This document shows, piece after piece, positions 1 to 13,816 of a stretch of 64,000 bases of DNA. Origin of the DNA: Bigelowiella natans CCMP2755. Taxonomy: Eukaryota; Protista; Cercozoa. The stretch is taken from contig ADNK01001091.1 in the NCBI GenBank assembly GCA_000320545.1, forward strand, positions 1-64,000, given 5' to 3'. Under the pieces are notes generated by a model. The model was not told where the DNA came from, made no database searches, and saw only the letters and a program-made list of their open reading frames with translations. The position numbers were made by a program, and so were the translations under genes. Every line of letters begins with the position of its first letter. The first letter of the stretch is position 1.

Positions 1-153
1 CACACACACAAATGCACATGTGTGCTGGCACGTTTCGATAGTGAAACAATAGCAAGGGGGGGGGAAGGGAAGGGGGGGAAGGAAGAGCACCGAATGGGAA
101 AGACGCTTTCGCAGCTGCTCCACATCATCATCCTGTTTTGATAAATCGTGTAC

Positions 154-194
<41 letters not shown>

Positions 195-856
195 GTACTC
201 ATTAGCGTGCATTTTCTAATTACTACAATCGGTGACCATTTGCTTGAACGTAAGCGCCAATGCGCCCTTCATGTCGCCCGTGCGTTCCAGCAAGTATGCA
301 GTAGCATCGTTTATCTTTTGGAAGATGATGATGATGATAACGATGGATCATGATGATGACAATGATGATGATGAACGGTTAGATGGAAATGTAGATCGTG
401 GTAATGATACTATCGATCGATCTTCTTCTTCTTTTTATTTTACATTGTTCTCCTGACACAGTCGCAAGATGCTGTCAATATCGTAGTCATGATGCCTGAT
501 GACGCATAAGATGGGGAGGGGGGGGGGTGGGAATAAGCTTCTCTTTCGAACATTGCGCCCAGATTTCCCGTGTAAGAAATGCAGCATGGAAGAAGGGTTC
601 CAAACGTAAGTAGGCATCACAAATATAGTCATATCCGTACTCGTGTGCTTCGCTCTCTCCTTCGTATATCCATATTTGGAACACACACACACACACGCTA
701 CTACTCCTCTTACGCACCTAGTGAGATGGGGGTACACGGCCTTGGCATCAAACTTGCACAGGAGGCGGATGAAGATGCGGTGTAGCTCATCAGACAACCA
801 CAACCCAGACTAATAAGCGACAAATAACGATGACGACGACGACGACAACGACGATA

Positions 857-889
<33 letters not shown>

Positions 890-1049
890 GTGATAGGCCA
901 CGACGAAAAGAGAAACGTTCAAATTCGAAAAGCGATTATCAAACGCCGGAGTTAAAAGGCCATAATAGGCATCTTCTCCGTTGCATTAGGAGTTGTGAAT
1001 TTGTGGTGGTGGATATACCCATACGGGTGCGACACAAGACCGGTGACAA

Positions 1050-1087
<38 letters not shown>

Positions 1088-2018
1088 GCAAGAAGGAATG
1101 TCCACTTCCAGAGTATACTAATCCCCCATCATCATCATCATCACCATATATAATCATCGAAACCTGTTCCAGCAGAGCTCCTGTGTCGTCACCCCCCCCA
1201 CTCGTCGCATCGTAGGACAGCCTAACATCGTCTTCTACAACGCCATCGCCCTCGTAGTTAGCACCATCCTCGGGAACGTCGCCCCCCCCCTCCTTCTTCC
1301 TGCCCCGGTGAAGCATGATTTGCCTCAGGATTTGGAATTGCAGCTTTGGTGTATCATTCAGCTTCGTGATGACAATGTCAGGGTTCTCCGCGAAGAAATC
1401 GATTACGAGCCTTGCTGCTTGGGACTGATCGCACTCTACAAGACAACGAGATCTGTGGGATGGGAAGGAAGGGAGGGGGGGGGGGAGGTGGCCAGCAGTA
1501 AGTCATAAATCGTCGATGATACACCGGAGAGGAATAAATGGCATTATATCAAGACGCAAAGCACTATGTTACCAACTGCTACTACTACAACTGGTATTAC
1601 TACACCTACTAATAGTAATACCTGTCGTAGGACAGCCTCCCTCATCTTGAGCTTCACTTCCTCGCTACCACCCTCCCCTCCTTCGAGAACCTGCGCGTGC
1701 GTGTGTGAGTGGGTGCTTGCGTGTGAGCTAGATTGGGCGAGGAAAGACAATCTCCTGCGTGTGGAGAGGGGGTAGTAGTAGTAGTAGTAGTAGTAGTAGT
1801 ACATAGCAGCTCTCACCCCTCTAATGAAAGAGAAGACTTTCCTTCGATTCGGTGTTGGATCGTTGAGATACCTACACACACACACACACACACACACATA
1901 GTATTTAATATATGGTCCCTTGATTCTCGGTCTAAGCAACAATGCTGCAGTTTGCTTTGTAGAACTTGCGCTATTCGCTATTTTATAGAGCATCAGGGCT
2001 CTAAGCTGTCGTGCAACA

Positions 2019-2072
<54 letters not shown>

Positions 2073-2197
2073 CAGCTGCGAACAACGGAGGAAGAGCTCT
2101 CTCGCGTTTATGTGCTCAACAGAACGACGCGAAAATGCAGTCACTATACAATCATATATCCTCACTAATAATTTCCATCCTCCTCTTCCTAACCAGT

Positions 2198-2230
<33 letters not shown>

Positions 2231-2592
2231 GTCATCATCATCATAATCATCATTATCAGCAGCAGCAAAACTTAGTACCCTTTGACCATGAGAGCATAGT
2301 CGCCACGCTGACGCAGCATGAACACGCGTACCTACATACATAAATGACTATACGTTAAACTGCAACGGCTATTTCTCCTCCTCCTCCTGCTACTGCTGCT
2401 GCTGCTCCTGCTGCTGCTGCTACTGAGACCCGAATGATGTGCATACATACAACAGGAACAGTAGCTAGAACAACAACAACAACAACAGTGATAATGACAA
2501 GAGCAGCACTGTATGAGGACACGTGGCTTTCAACTTCCCCCCCCCTTTCCCACACCCCCCTCCTATCACACATTTCACAAACAACGCACACA

Positions 2593-2629
<37 letters not shown>

Positions 2630-2984
2630 GATGGAGATTCGCAGCGGTCGCTCGATCAAGTAGTTGCTGCTCATCGTAGAGCTCTTTCGGACACTTGGCA
2701 AGAAGGGCTAGCAAGATACGCTGTCGGCTGTCCCTTTCTCTCTTGGTCTCACTGCTACTACCGTGTTGATTATCCTCCCCCCCGTCCCCCTCTTGTTGCT
2801 GTTGGTGCTGCACGTAGAGCGACAATGATGACTCGCTTTCCTTCTTTTTCTTCTCCTCGTCCTCTTTCTCTTCATGCTCTTCATTTCCTCTCGCATTGTC
2901 CGAAACCGGTGGTCGCCGTGGAGGAGGCCTCAGAAGCATATCAATGGCCTCTCCCATGATCTTGCTGTCCCCCTATAAACGTAA

Positions 2985-3023
<39 letters not shown>

Positions 3024-3059
3024 GTGTGTGTGTGTGTGTGTGTGTACTTGCACTACTAA

Positions 3060-3099
<40 letters not shown>

Positions 3100-3886
3100 G
3101 CACTACTACCAGCACTACTACTACTTATACTACTACTACTTCTTTTCCTCTCAGGCTGGTCTCCACGCACCTTTATCCTGCTCTCCGCCATGTGCTTAGC
3201 CGCGAATATGTAGATATGGTACTGCACGAAGCGCTCGTTGGCCAGCACCCATTCTGATGCTGCTGCTGCTGATGTCGTTGTTGCGAAGAGAGGGAGGAAT
3301 GACAGAAGGAGATCGACGATCTCCTGTAAGCTTGGTACATAGTCCCGTCCCCCAACGCCGTCGTCGTCATCGGCATGATTAGTTGTTGTTGTTGTTGAGG
3401 CGACGCCACCTGCTGTAGATGCTGATCTGGAGTGCCCGAGCGTCTGCCTCTTTGATGGGGACGAAAGCACCGGCGAGAAGTCCGCTTTGGCCGCGCTGCT
3501 GGTGCTGCCGTTGTTGATGCTGTTGTTGTTGTTGTTGTTGTAGCCAGTAGCACGGGAACGACGCCTTGCCGCCCTTTGCGCTTTCGATCCGCAGAAGGTA
3601 CACCACGACGTGTCCTCAAACAGTAAGTCCACCACCTCCTCCAAGAACAGTGCAGCATCTTGCCTCAGAAGCTGCTTTGCTATGGGAAAGCTCTCCCCGC
3701 TTGCAGAGTGCCTCCTCCCGTCTGGCGTGCGCAAAGGCCGGAATGGATATGCCTCGAAGACCACAGACAGCACCTGCGCTTTGATCAGGGGCTGACGCGC
3801 CACCTCAATGATCTCCCCCCCGGGATACCTTCTTCCCGTCCAGCAAAACTTTATGTACAGCATGAGTAGGAAGGGGTCTGGCATGG

Positions 3887-3917
<31 letters not shown>

Positions 3918-6036
3918 ACTCTTGCTCGTCGTCATCATCATCATCTTCGTGTCAAGGAACGATGGCGTTGTAGTAGCCGTTGACGATGCGCCGACCCCCT
4001 TTCCTCTCGTAGAAGTCTCTGCCACCGTCGTTGGCGAGGCAATATTGAGGTGGAGGGTACGGACGGGCGCGGCGAAGTCCGGCTTCGGCTTTTTGTGTGT
4101 GTTTGTATGGATAAGTGCCGCCCAAAGGCCCCGCTCCTCGCACGCTGCCAGCAGCTGATTGACGTCCATCTCCGCCGTGTCGAGGTGCAGGATGCATTGC
4201 TCGAGCGCCTCACTGCGTCCTGCCCGTGTCATCTGCTCCGCGAATGCCTTGAAGACGGCCTTCGGTAGCACCCGGAGGCGGTTGTTGAGTATGAACGGCT
4301 CTAGGAGGTCCAGCAGCACATCCTCTCCGTCCGCACGAGCAAAGACCTTGTAGATGCGCTCAAACAGGAGCGCCGGCCTACCGATAACCAAGCAGAAGTC
4401 GACGACTACCGCCCCCACCACGCGGAAATGTGGCGCCTCTTCCGTGTTGAGCCTTCCCCTGCGCTTGCTGCTGTGACCCGCTGTCGCTGTAGCCGCCGTC
4501 GAGTCCCTGGAGACGACTCCTAAAGCTGTTGCGTTCCCCGCGGACAAGAACTGGCCGAGGGCGAGGTCGGTGTAGGAGAGGAGCAGGTTCTGGCACTTGG
4601 CGAGCACGGCATTTCGACGCTGCTTGGCGTCATGCGGGAGGCCAACCGGAGCTCGCGCCGTGCCCTCGAAGAAGTCCAAGGCGAGTGCTAGCGCGTGTAT
4701 CCACTTGCCCCTCCTCGTATGGAGCTCGATGCGCTCCTGCCACGTGCGAGCACGTGCTTCCACGGCCGTATCCAGCCCCAACATTAGTAGGCCCCCGCCA
4801 TCTCCACCACCACCAGCAGTAGCAGCAGCACCACCACCAGTAGTAGCAGCAGCAGAGCTCTTGACAATGGCTGCTGCTGTGGTACCTCGGACAGCATTTG
4901 CGTAGCTCGGAGGTGCGTTTCGCGTCGGCTGCTCATAAATGAGGTTCAGGTCGGGAATCACAACGGCCTGCAATGTCGCGATTTCTGTGCTCTTCTTGGG
5001 GAAGGAGGAGAGGGAGGAGGGGGGGGATGTCCCAGGTGTGGAGAGCGATGGTGCGGTCACGCACAGTGCGCGGCGCCCCCCCTTGCTGTTACCTGCCACC
5101 AAGAGGACACCCCCCACCCATCCCAAGGCCAGGCCAGAAATGATGCCTTCCGGAGTCAGGCCCTCATACGCAATACGGAAGGATATGCTGCTATTGCTAC
5201 TATTACTATTCCCTATCATCACAGCCTCGAAGACACGGAGCACTCTTCCTCTCACCATGGCGAGAAGGGGCGGGCTACTACTGCTGCTACTATTACTACT
5301 ACTTCTACTACTACTACTACTACTACTTCCACCATCACCGGACCACCACGCAAGGGAGCAGCCCTGAGCAGCCGGTGTAGCGGTGCGAGGGGGCGGCCTT
5401 GGATGAGGGAAGGTGGCAAGGACGCGCCCAGCCTTGATGCTACCACCACCGCCGTTGTTCGAGGCAACGATTCTCAGTGTCGATTCGTCACAAACGGCTA
5501 CTACCTCAATCTCACTCAGAAGAGAAGTTAGGATCATGATGTTGCTGCTGCTGCGACCGGTGGGCGACGACGCAGCTCCAGAGGAAGGCTTGGGGATGGT
5601 GGGGAGGAGTAGCGGTTCCATCGCCGTGATAAAGCCGTTTGATTTCAGCAGCTCGAAGGTCTTACCCACGTTCCAGTTGAGGAAGAATCCCTTCGAGACA
5701 CTCAGTCCGACGACGTTCCCTCTAGCATCGTTCGCGACGAGGCGGTGCGCGCGCGTCTTGGACAGAGACGATGTAAACCGCACGCTCAGAATGCGTGTGG
5801 AGAAGATGTCCGGTACGGCCTTCAAGACGGTGCGCTTCATGAGATCCCAGAGGATGATTTGTCCTTTGGAATGACCAACCGCCACTGGACAGCAGAAGAA
5901 ACAGAGGATTAAGAGGAGGAGGAGGAGGAGGAGAGTAGTGCAACAAAGGGGAAAAGGAAGAAGAAGTGTTTGCGAAGGTAGAGGGAGGGCTATAGAATCC
6001 GCACATACGGACACACGGACATAAACACACATACAC

Positions 6037-6073
<37 letters not shown>

Positions 6074-8671
6074 CATTACACAGGTTTTGCAACGTTTATA
6101 TCACGACGTGAGGTATTATGGTTTGGAAAGCTGCTCTCTCCTACCTATGCTCCCGCCTGGCGCAATATCCACGCAAACGACTTTGCCAAGAAGCTTCGTC
6201 TGCCCCGGTTGCCCTAATGGCGGCTGGAGAAGTTTGTAGCTCCGATCGAAGATAAGGATGAATCCGTAAGAGCACCCAACGATGATGAGCTTCGGACCCA
6301 CTGCGCAGCATGTCGGAATCCCAACTTCGTATTGTTCACATCGGACAACAACAACAACAACAACAACAATAACAACATTACGACCATTATTGATGATGGT
6401 TATTATTGTTAGAAGTGCTACCATACATCAAAGACGCATAGAAAGGACACAAGGGAGGGGAGAAAGGCCACGAGAAAAGAACGCAATCTACCAACCAGCA
6501 TCCCCACTCGCTGTATCTTCCAACAATACTCACTCCCCTCACATTTTCTCTCTACTTCTATCAAGCGTGTAAGCTCGCGCATCTCTCTTCCTCCTCCTCC
6601 TTCATCTTATTATCACCGTCACCATCATCACTACTGCTACTGCTACTGCTACTGCTACTACCTTGCTCACGGTCCCTTCTGAGAACATGGTGGATCTGCG
6701 CCCTCTGTACCATCGATATGATCTGATGATGCTGCTGCTGTTCAGCAATGTGCTTGCGGTCGCTGTGTCCCGAAGAGACAGTTGCACCACCACCACCACC
6801 GGAGGAACCACCACCGCCACGACCACCAGCTCCGGCTGTAGCCCTCCGATCTTTGAGCGGCGTGAACAACCTTCTATTCCCGCTGCGCCGCTTTCTGTGC
6901 TCCCTGGTCAGAAGGAGTGCAAATGCTGTCGTCGATGACGACCCCTCCACCGCACTGCTGCTGGTACTACTACTACTGTGACCACCACTACCCAGGATCT
7001 CTTCCCTGAGTTGTCTTGCCTGTCGGCCTCCCTTGCTGTCCTCGAAGCTTGAGATGGAGACAGATGTGCCTGCCCTGCTTCTCGTTGGGTAGTAGGCAGT
7101 ATCAGTAGCACCACCACCACCGCCACCTCTCCCATGAGCTGCTGCCGACTTTGATGAGGAGGAGGAATACGCGGCTATAGCTGCAGCATCATCATCAACG
7201 TTTGCACTACTCGCCAGCATATCGCCGGTGCTTCGCTTCTTGGTGCTGCCGTGAGGGGATTTCGGTGTGCCCTCCTCGATTTGCCGCATAATCTCCTCGA
7301 CGGACAGCGTCTTCTCCTCTTCCCCTCCTACGAGGAGCAGGGAAGCAGAAGGCGACATGACACTAGGTCTCACTTCGAACCCCGCCCCGCTGCTTATTCT
7401 TCCAGCTGCATCGACAGTGGGCGTGTCTAACGTTGAATCCTCATCGTCGCTATCTGCAAGAATATCACGTAGCATCTGCTGGAATAAAGGCCCTGCGGGA
7501 ATGTCGTCTGAAGATGATTTCCCGCCTTCCCCCCCCACTCCTGTCATGTCGTCATCGCTGTCCGAATTTATAAGCTCGTCGAGTGACGCTTTATCCAGTA
7601 GGCCGCCAGACTTGCGCTCCTGATCGCAAATGTGAGTAGGCGTTTGGAAATATTTTATGTACGCACTAAAGTATCATATGACTACTCGCTTACACAGACA
7701 GAGAGCACCGGTGATCGATCATATATGGATACGTGGGGGATAGTCCATTAAAATGCTTTGACCCAAGCTAACCAATCGACCTACCTTTTGCAGCAGCTTG
7801 CGAGACTCTCCTATTAATATCTCCAGATCTAGGGCCTATATTGCGTTGGATGGTGATAATAATGTTAGCGCGTTAATAATGCATGGCGATGACAGATCTT
7901 AGACCAACCCCCCCCCACCCCGGCCCCCCGAAGCATTCCTTGCCAGGGCGATATACCGAATCTCTTCTCCTTGCTTGGGCCAAAGTTGGAGGTTTTCTTG
8001 TCGGTGCACTTGAGCGAGGCTCCTCATCTTTATTCTCGATATCACCATCATCACCCTGATCACGGTTTGTTGCGGGCGCCGTACCAATGCCACCACTTAT
8101 CTTCTTCGCTTGAGCTTGAGCTTGAGCTTGCTTCTGTCCTGACAAGCTTTTCCGGTTGGAAGGGGGCTTTCACATTGAGGAAGAATACGCAACAATAAGG
8201 AGGAGGGAGAGGATGGGAATATACAAACAGCAGAGTCATAATGTTAGCTCTCGTTGTATTTCGACAATTACAGTAAGGACTATGGAAGTTGAGATTCGTG
8301 CATACCAAGGTGGGTGCAGCCATTGTAGGAGAGAGCGGCTCGTCAGCTGTTATAGATACCGACGAAGATGGAGGTCCAGGAGCCGGTGAGGTAGGGCCCT
8401 TTGCCGTCGTCGACCGTGGGATTGCAGGCGGTTTGCTACAGGTTGGGGGGGAAAGAAGAAGCAAAACATATAGATTGCTATGATTTGGTATTGGTTTTGC
8501 AGCAGCAGTTCTGGCTAGTCATGTCAAATCATTAGTTTAAATGAATTCGGTCAAATCAAACATCGCTGATAACCTTGCAGGTCCTACGTAAGACGGTCCT
8601 ATACCAATCGGTGCGACATCATCATCATCCGAGTCGGATTCATTAAGAATCTTGTTGATGTCTACGTTCAT
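1..8671 (-). CDS. VPS8: Vacuolar protein sorting-associated protein 8 (CORVET subunit), multi-exon, 3' end runs off the window start
   Basis: Probable start MNVDINKILNESDSDDD at 8671. WD-like exons follow (VGIPTCCAVGPKLIIVGCSYGFILIFD; VAVGHSKGQIILWD). The large exon at ~3150-5890 carries Vps8-typical segments (WQERIE..GKWIHALALALDFFEGTARAPVGLP; LLEPFILNNRL; LEQCILHLD; LMLYIKFCWTGRRYP). Further helical-repeat exons continue toward position 1. Confidence 0.85.
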
Positions 8672-9047
8672 GGCTGCATGTCCCCCGAGGTCATCTGGAA
8701 AAGTGATGATAATACCACATTTCAATATGTTTGAAGGAGTAAGCTCTCGAATTGATGAATAGCGAGCGTGTGGAAGGCTCGTCTTCCCTTCGTGAGAATA
8801 GCGTACCGTGAATTCGATAGCAAAGACTTGGTGGGTGTGTTCGTGCGTAGATCGGAAAAAAAAATCAAAATGTAAAAGTATGCGCGCCGCTTTCACTAAA
8901 GTATAGGCTCTATACATTAAAGATTTATCTACAGTAAAGAAAAAGAGGAGATTTACATTTTGCCCCAATTTTCCCTTTTAAACAGGTGTTCCAATCCAAA
9001 AGAACGCACGTACATTAAGTGAGGCCTCATATCAAACGATTCATCAA

Positions 9048-9643
9048 AATGTTCATGACTCTATACCCTTTTTGTACCCAACCTTGGTCGTCCTCATCAT
9101 CAGATTCGGCCAGGAGGCCAGCCAAATCCAGCTTGCCCTCCATCGCGATAAAAGTCAGCGGCCTCTCAGCCTTCTTTTTGGATAATGTATTGTAAATCCT
9201 CCCTTGATTATTGGTCTAACTATTTTTCTGCTTCGATTTATTGTTGTTTTTGTTTTTATTAGGCGAGATGGCCATGAAGATGACGAAGATGACGATGTGG
9301 TAGGTTATTTCCCAAAGTAGAAAAACATTGATTGAAGAACCAAACTGACGAAAGTAAGGAGACTAATGATAGGATAAATCACAACCGGAATATATCGAAG
9401 GGCATGGGTACGAAATCAGAATGTTGTTGGTGTTGTTCTGTCGATGATTGTTGTGTCGTCGCATGTCGATGATCGATGTGGATCATGTCGGTTGTTCAAA
9501 AATATCGCGCCCGAGAAGGATTCAAAAACATTTCGGTGTATCTGCGGATCATTTTTGCTCAATCAGGGCCCTAATCCCTCGATTTCGGAAGAAATAGCCT
9601 GGGTTTTGGAACGTCATGATGCTACTACGAGTTTTATGATATG
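9048..9643 (+). CDS. Possible small multi-exon protein with CxxC...CxC zinc-ribbon-like motif
   Basis: Short segments flanked by AG/GT (RDGHEDDEDDDV; DKSQPEYIEGH) and CGSCRLFKNIAPEKDSKTFRCICGSFL. Start and splicing are not resolved. Confidence 0.3.
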
Positions 9644-9767
9644 AGTAAAGAATGCCGTCTATATTTACCTCCAATTTCAGATGTAATATTGTCGCTATGA
9701 AATATTATAGGCTTTTTCACAGGAAGTAACTCGCGACAAGGCTTGACAACGAAGACTGTCAAAACTA

Positions 9768-10913
9768 ATGTCCTCGATGATCGCGTTGGCGTTGCTCCTC
9801 CTCATCCCTTCATCACAGGCACTGCAAAATCTCCCCGGGGGCGAGCTTATCGGTAAGCTATGTTTACTACGGTTGTACAAATTAGCAGATTTAGTTGGAA
9901 ATTGCTCTTAGAAAGATGGCATAAGAACTTCTTACATATTCCGCGCCACGTCACATTTCCGTCATCGGCTGTACACCTATCAACTTGCAGATAGATCGAT
10001 GCATTCTACAAACTCTATGCAATAAAAATCGTAGATAATAGACGCGGGTCAATTCTGAAAGCACTTTAGAAGTTCTGAGAGCGGAACGATTTCGCGATTC
10101 TAAGATCACCTCAATATGTGACATTATTTTATTTGTCGCAGACCTCATCGTAGATGCCAGAAAGAATGAAACTGAACCAGAACGTAATAATCCCACGCAC
10201 ATATCGTCCTCTCAATAATTAAACTTTTATAGAGGCAGCATCATCTCCTCGATTCGTAAAGTTGATTCAATCTTTGTTTTCCCTTTGTTACCAGTCTCGG
10301 TTGTCAAGTGCGTGGATGATGCCAAGCTTCTCGCATCGGTAGCAGAAATATTTAGAGTAGGGGTTACAAGTATTCCTATGTTTACGCCTCCTCACAATCC
10401 TTTCCGATAATAGCACGGAGAAGATGAAACTTTTTTCCTTTGATCTCAGTTAAGCGGGCACAAGAAAATGACCTGCGAAATGGCGCTCAAGATGTATGAG
10501 GATCAGGTGATAAGATAAACATCGACCAATTAGCTTCTTTGGGAACTAACAAATATGCGCTCTAAATTTAAGGATGCTAGCTGTGACGATGACCTGGGGT
10601 TCGGCCCCCTTTCAAAACCATGCCCGGTGACCTGTGGAATCTGTGAGCCATCAGGTAAAGTTGTCCTGAATGAAAGCAAATGAGTATCACATCTCATGAA
10701 TATGATGATGTATCGACACAGAGGAGCGTAGGGCCGTTGTTATTGCGTTACAGATGATCCGTGCTGCGCTCGCGGTAAGTTCATTATGCTGGCCTTCTTC
10801 CTGCAGATTTGTGAGATTTTGTTGATTATCAGGAGTTGACTCCGGATGAGCAGTCACAAGTTATGGCTGGACTCTGGCAAGATGCCGAAGAAAAGGGAAT
10901 GACGCCAAGATGA
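9768..10913 (+). CDS. Small secreted cysteine-rich protein with ShK-like module (many short exons)
   Basis: Signal peptide MSSMIALALLLLIPSSQA. Spliced exons give CVDDAKLLASVAEIF..GHKKMTCEMALKMYEDQ/DASCDDDLGFGPLSKPCPVTCGICEPS; the CPxTCGxC ending is typical of ShK domains. Last exon ELTPDEQSQVMAGLWQDAEEKGMTPR*. Confidence 0.6.
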
Positions 10914-11490
10914 GAAGGGGGAAAAAACGAAAAAATTAGTCACGTTAGAGAGCAGAGCAGGCTCTGATTATTGTAAAATTATGAAAAGCTACAAGAACGC
11001 AACGCATTACGCTGATAATGTATTAGTGAAAACAAGATGTATGCATAAAAATGGCAGCGTCTGAAAATACTGTGCACAATGTGTAGCTACATTTTGTCCA
11101 TCCTATCGATCGATCGCAGCGGCTACTGCTGCTACAAAAAACAACGATATCGTTGCGCTAGCCATAGCTAGATAGCGCTAGCTTAATTGCCACACATGTC
11201 TCATTTAATTTTATTTAACGCATTTATAATATATTTCCTATATTCCACTGATCTATGACATATAATAGTGCAGCTGCCGTTGGCGTGTCGCATGCACATA
11301 GCATTCCTGTCGGCTATCAGCATGCCGCTCTGCTTCGATCGTTTATTATTGTTCCTGTCGATTTATATGGGCTCTAGCATGGCCCAATGATGTGCGTGTT
11401 GGCATTTGCTACACCATAGTAGCATGGCCTCCAGCCTCCAATAGCATCACCATGCTGATGCGCTGTGCACTCAGAGCTTCAATAAATCAA

Positions 11491-11995
11491 TCAATCCTCC
11501 TGCGCCTTTCCTCCATCATACGTTGCGAGTAGCACACTATCAACAGCACGTCGAAACTCCTGTTAAAGTAGCGACAGATATTATCGCATCACACACCATC
11601 GTTCGCATGATCACAGCATAGAAGCCTCGAGCAAACATGCGGGGAATCTACAATACTCGGAGCTACTGAAATAGTTTGTCTCAAAATTGTTATTATTACC
11701 TCAGCTGCCCCAGCGCTCATATCCCTTGGAGAACTAACGCGATTGCGGAGAAATGCAAGAGAGGCAGCACCCACGGCAGCCTCGGATGCACTCTTGGACG
11801 GCGTTCCAGCGTCGCTCTATGTTAAAATATATGATGTATTTGTTTCTTTAATATACGAACTGCGCACAAGTACTGCGTATGAAGACGTGCAGTATAAATT
11901 TGTGGAATCTTTGCACAAACCGTTAGGAGCGCGGTGACCACCCTTTTTAGATGCGTGTCGATGGCTGCCCGACTCTTCTCACTCTAATATATGTA

Positions 11996-12064
<69 letters not shown>

Positions 12065-12116
12065 AAATACACACACACATACACACACGCGCACACATGC
12101 GCACACACGCACACAC

Positions 12117-12151
<35 letters not shown>

Positions 12152-12185
12152 AGGAAAAAGAGAGAGGGAAAAAAAGAGAACCTCT

Positions 12186-12224
<39 letters not shown>

Positions 12225-12507
12225 GTATACATTGTGCGTATGTGTGATTGCGTATGACCTTCTCAACTCCTGAATTCTTGGCTATATCCGCAGCAACCGA
12301 TTTGTAGTTTCCCACGAGCTTAGCCGCCGCCTCCCTTCTCGGGTGGTTCGCATCGTTCACTACGGGTTGTTCCGAGGGTGTGGTTGTCGTCGCAAGTCTA
12401 AAGACCTTCGACATGATCTGGTTAAGGGTTCGGTCGTCTGATTTCACTGCTCTGTAGCTCGGCTTATCGTCCATGGCCTTGAACCTTTCGATAATCAGAC
12501 TGTTTTT

Positions 12508-12552
<45 letters not shown>

Positions 12553-12644
12553 GATGTTGGCGTTGGCGATGATGATGCTGACTTGTTTTTACCGCTGCAT
12601 GCGTATTTTAGGTCATGCTCGGAAGATTGATTACAAAAAGCCGC

Positions 12645-12683
<39 letters not shown>

Positions 12684-13086
12684 CGCGTGCATGTTACCTG
12701 TCCATATTTGGTATCATCAGTGTGGATGTACGTAATCATCTACACATATATACATCTGCTCACTTCTGCGACTACCATGCATTGAGGTTGGGATACTCCG
12801 GATTGCCTTTGATGCTAAATCCCTTGAACACTCCCAAATTGGCGCTGAATCTCTCCAGTTGTGGGGTCACGAGAATGTCGATGTTACTGTGTGTATACGT
12901 GTAATTAACACGTGTGTGCGTGTGTACAGATGTATGGATACGCAATTTGCATACTTCTTTGATGTATATGCGCACTAGTTAAAATGATCACCTGAAGTGA
13001 GGGAGAAAGAAAGGTCCTTCAAAGACTGCTAGCTCAGCTTCGAGTTTCGATAGCACAGCTTGGAACCTATATATGATATGATTCAT

Positions 13087-13156
<70 letters not shown>

Positions 13157-13166
13157 TCCCTTTCTT

Positions 13167-13204
<38 letters not shown>

Positions 13205-13769
13205 AGTGTATTCTGTGTTTAATCTCCATAGATTTATGAAATGATTTTGGAATGTTCACACTGTATTTTCCAAAAGCGTCGACAACGTAAGCAAGATTGT
13301 CTCACCACCACCACCACCACCACCGCAACCGCTACAACTACAACTACAACTACAACTACATTATTACTCTGTCTTCGCATCAGCCTCGTTCGAAGCATTA
13401 CTGCGCATGTATCCATACCCTGTAGAGAACCAGTAGTAGAACCAAAAATTAATAAGAGAACAACAAAACACACATACAATGCAAAGTAACATATATAGTA
13501 TACATATCCATGTATTAATTATTGTTTTGTCCGTGTTTGTGCACGTCTGTGCGTATGGAAACTGGTTCTTGATTTCCATCAATCTATTCCATCAATCTAC
13601 GAAGCTCTCCCTCTTCCTCACTACTTGCCTCAATCGTACCCTTCACCCCCAATTCGTCCTCTGTAAGCGTCTTGACTCTCAAAGCAAGCTCCTACGTGGA
13701 GAGGAGGTAACGATCAACATTGACTCTCGACGGCATAACGTCCGAATGCATAGATGTGTATTTGAGGAA

Positions 13770-13816
<47 letters not shown>

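Noticed and set aside
3023-3108. Duplicated (TG)n-TACTTGCACTACTA unit; also a 16-bp tandem repeat ACAATGTGATCCCAT at ~46010-46040
   Set aside because: Local intronic slippage or assembly artefact; no functional signal.
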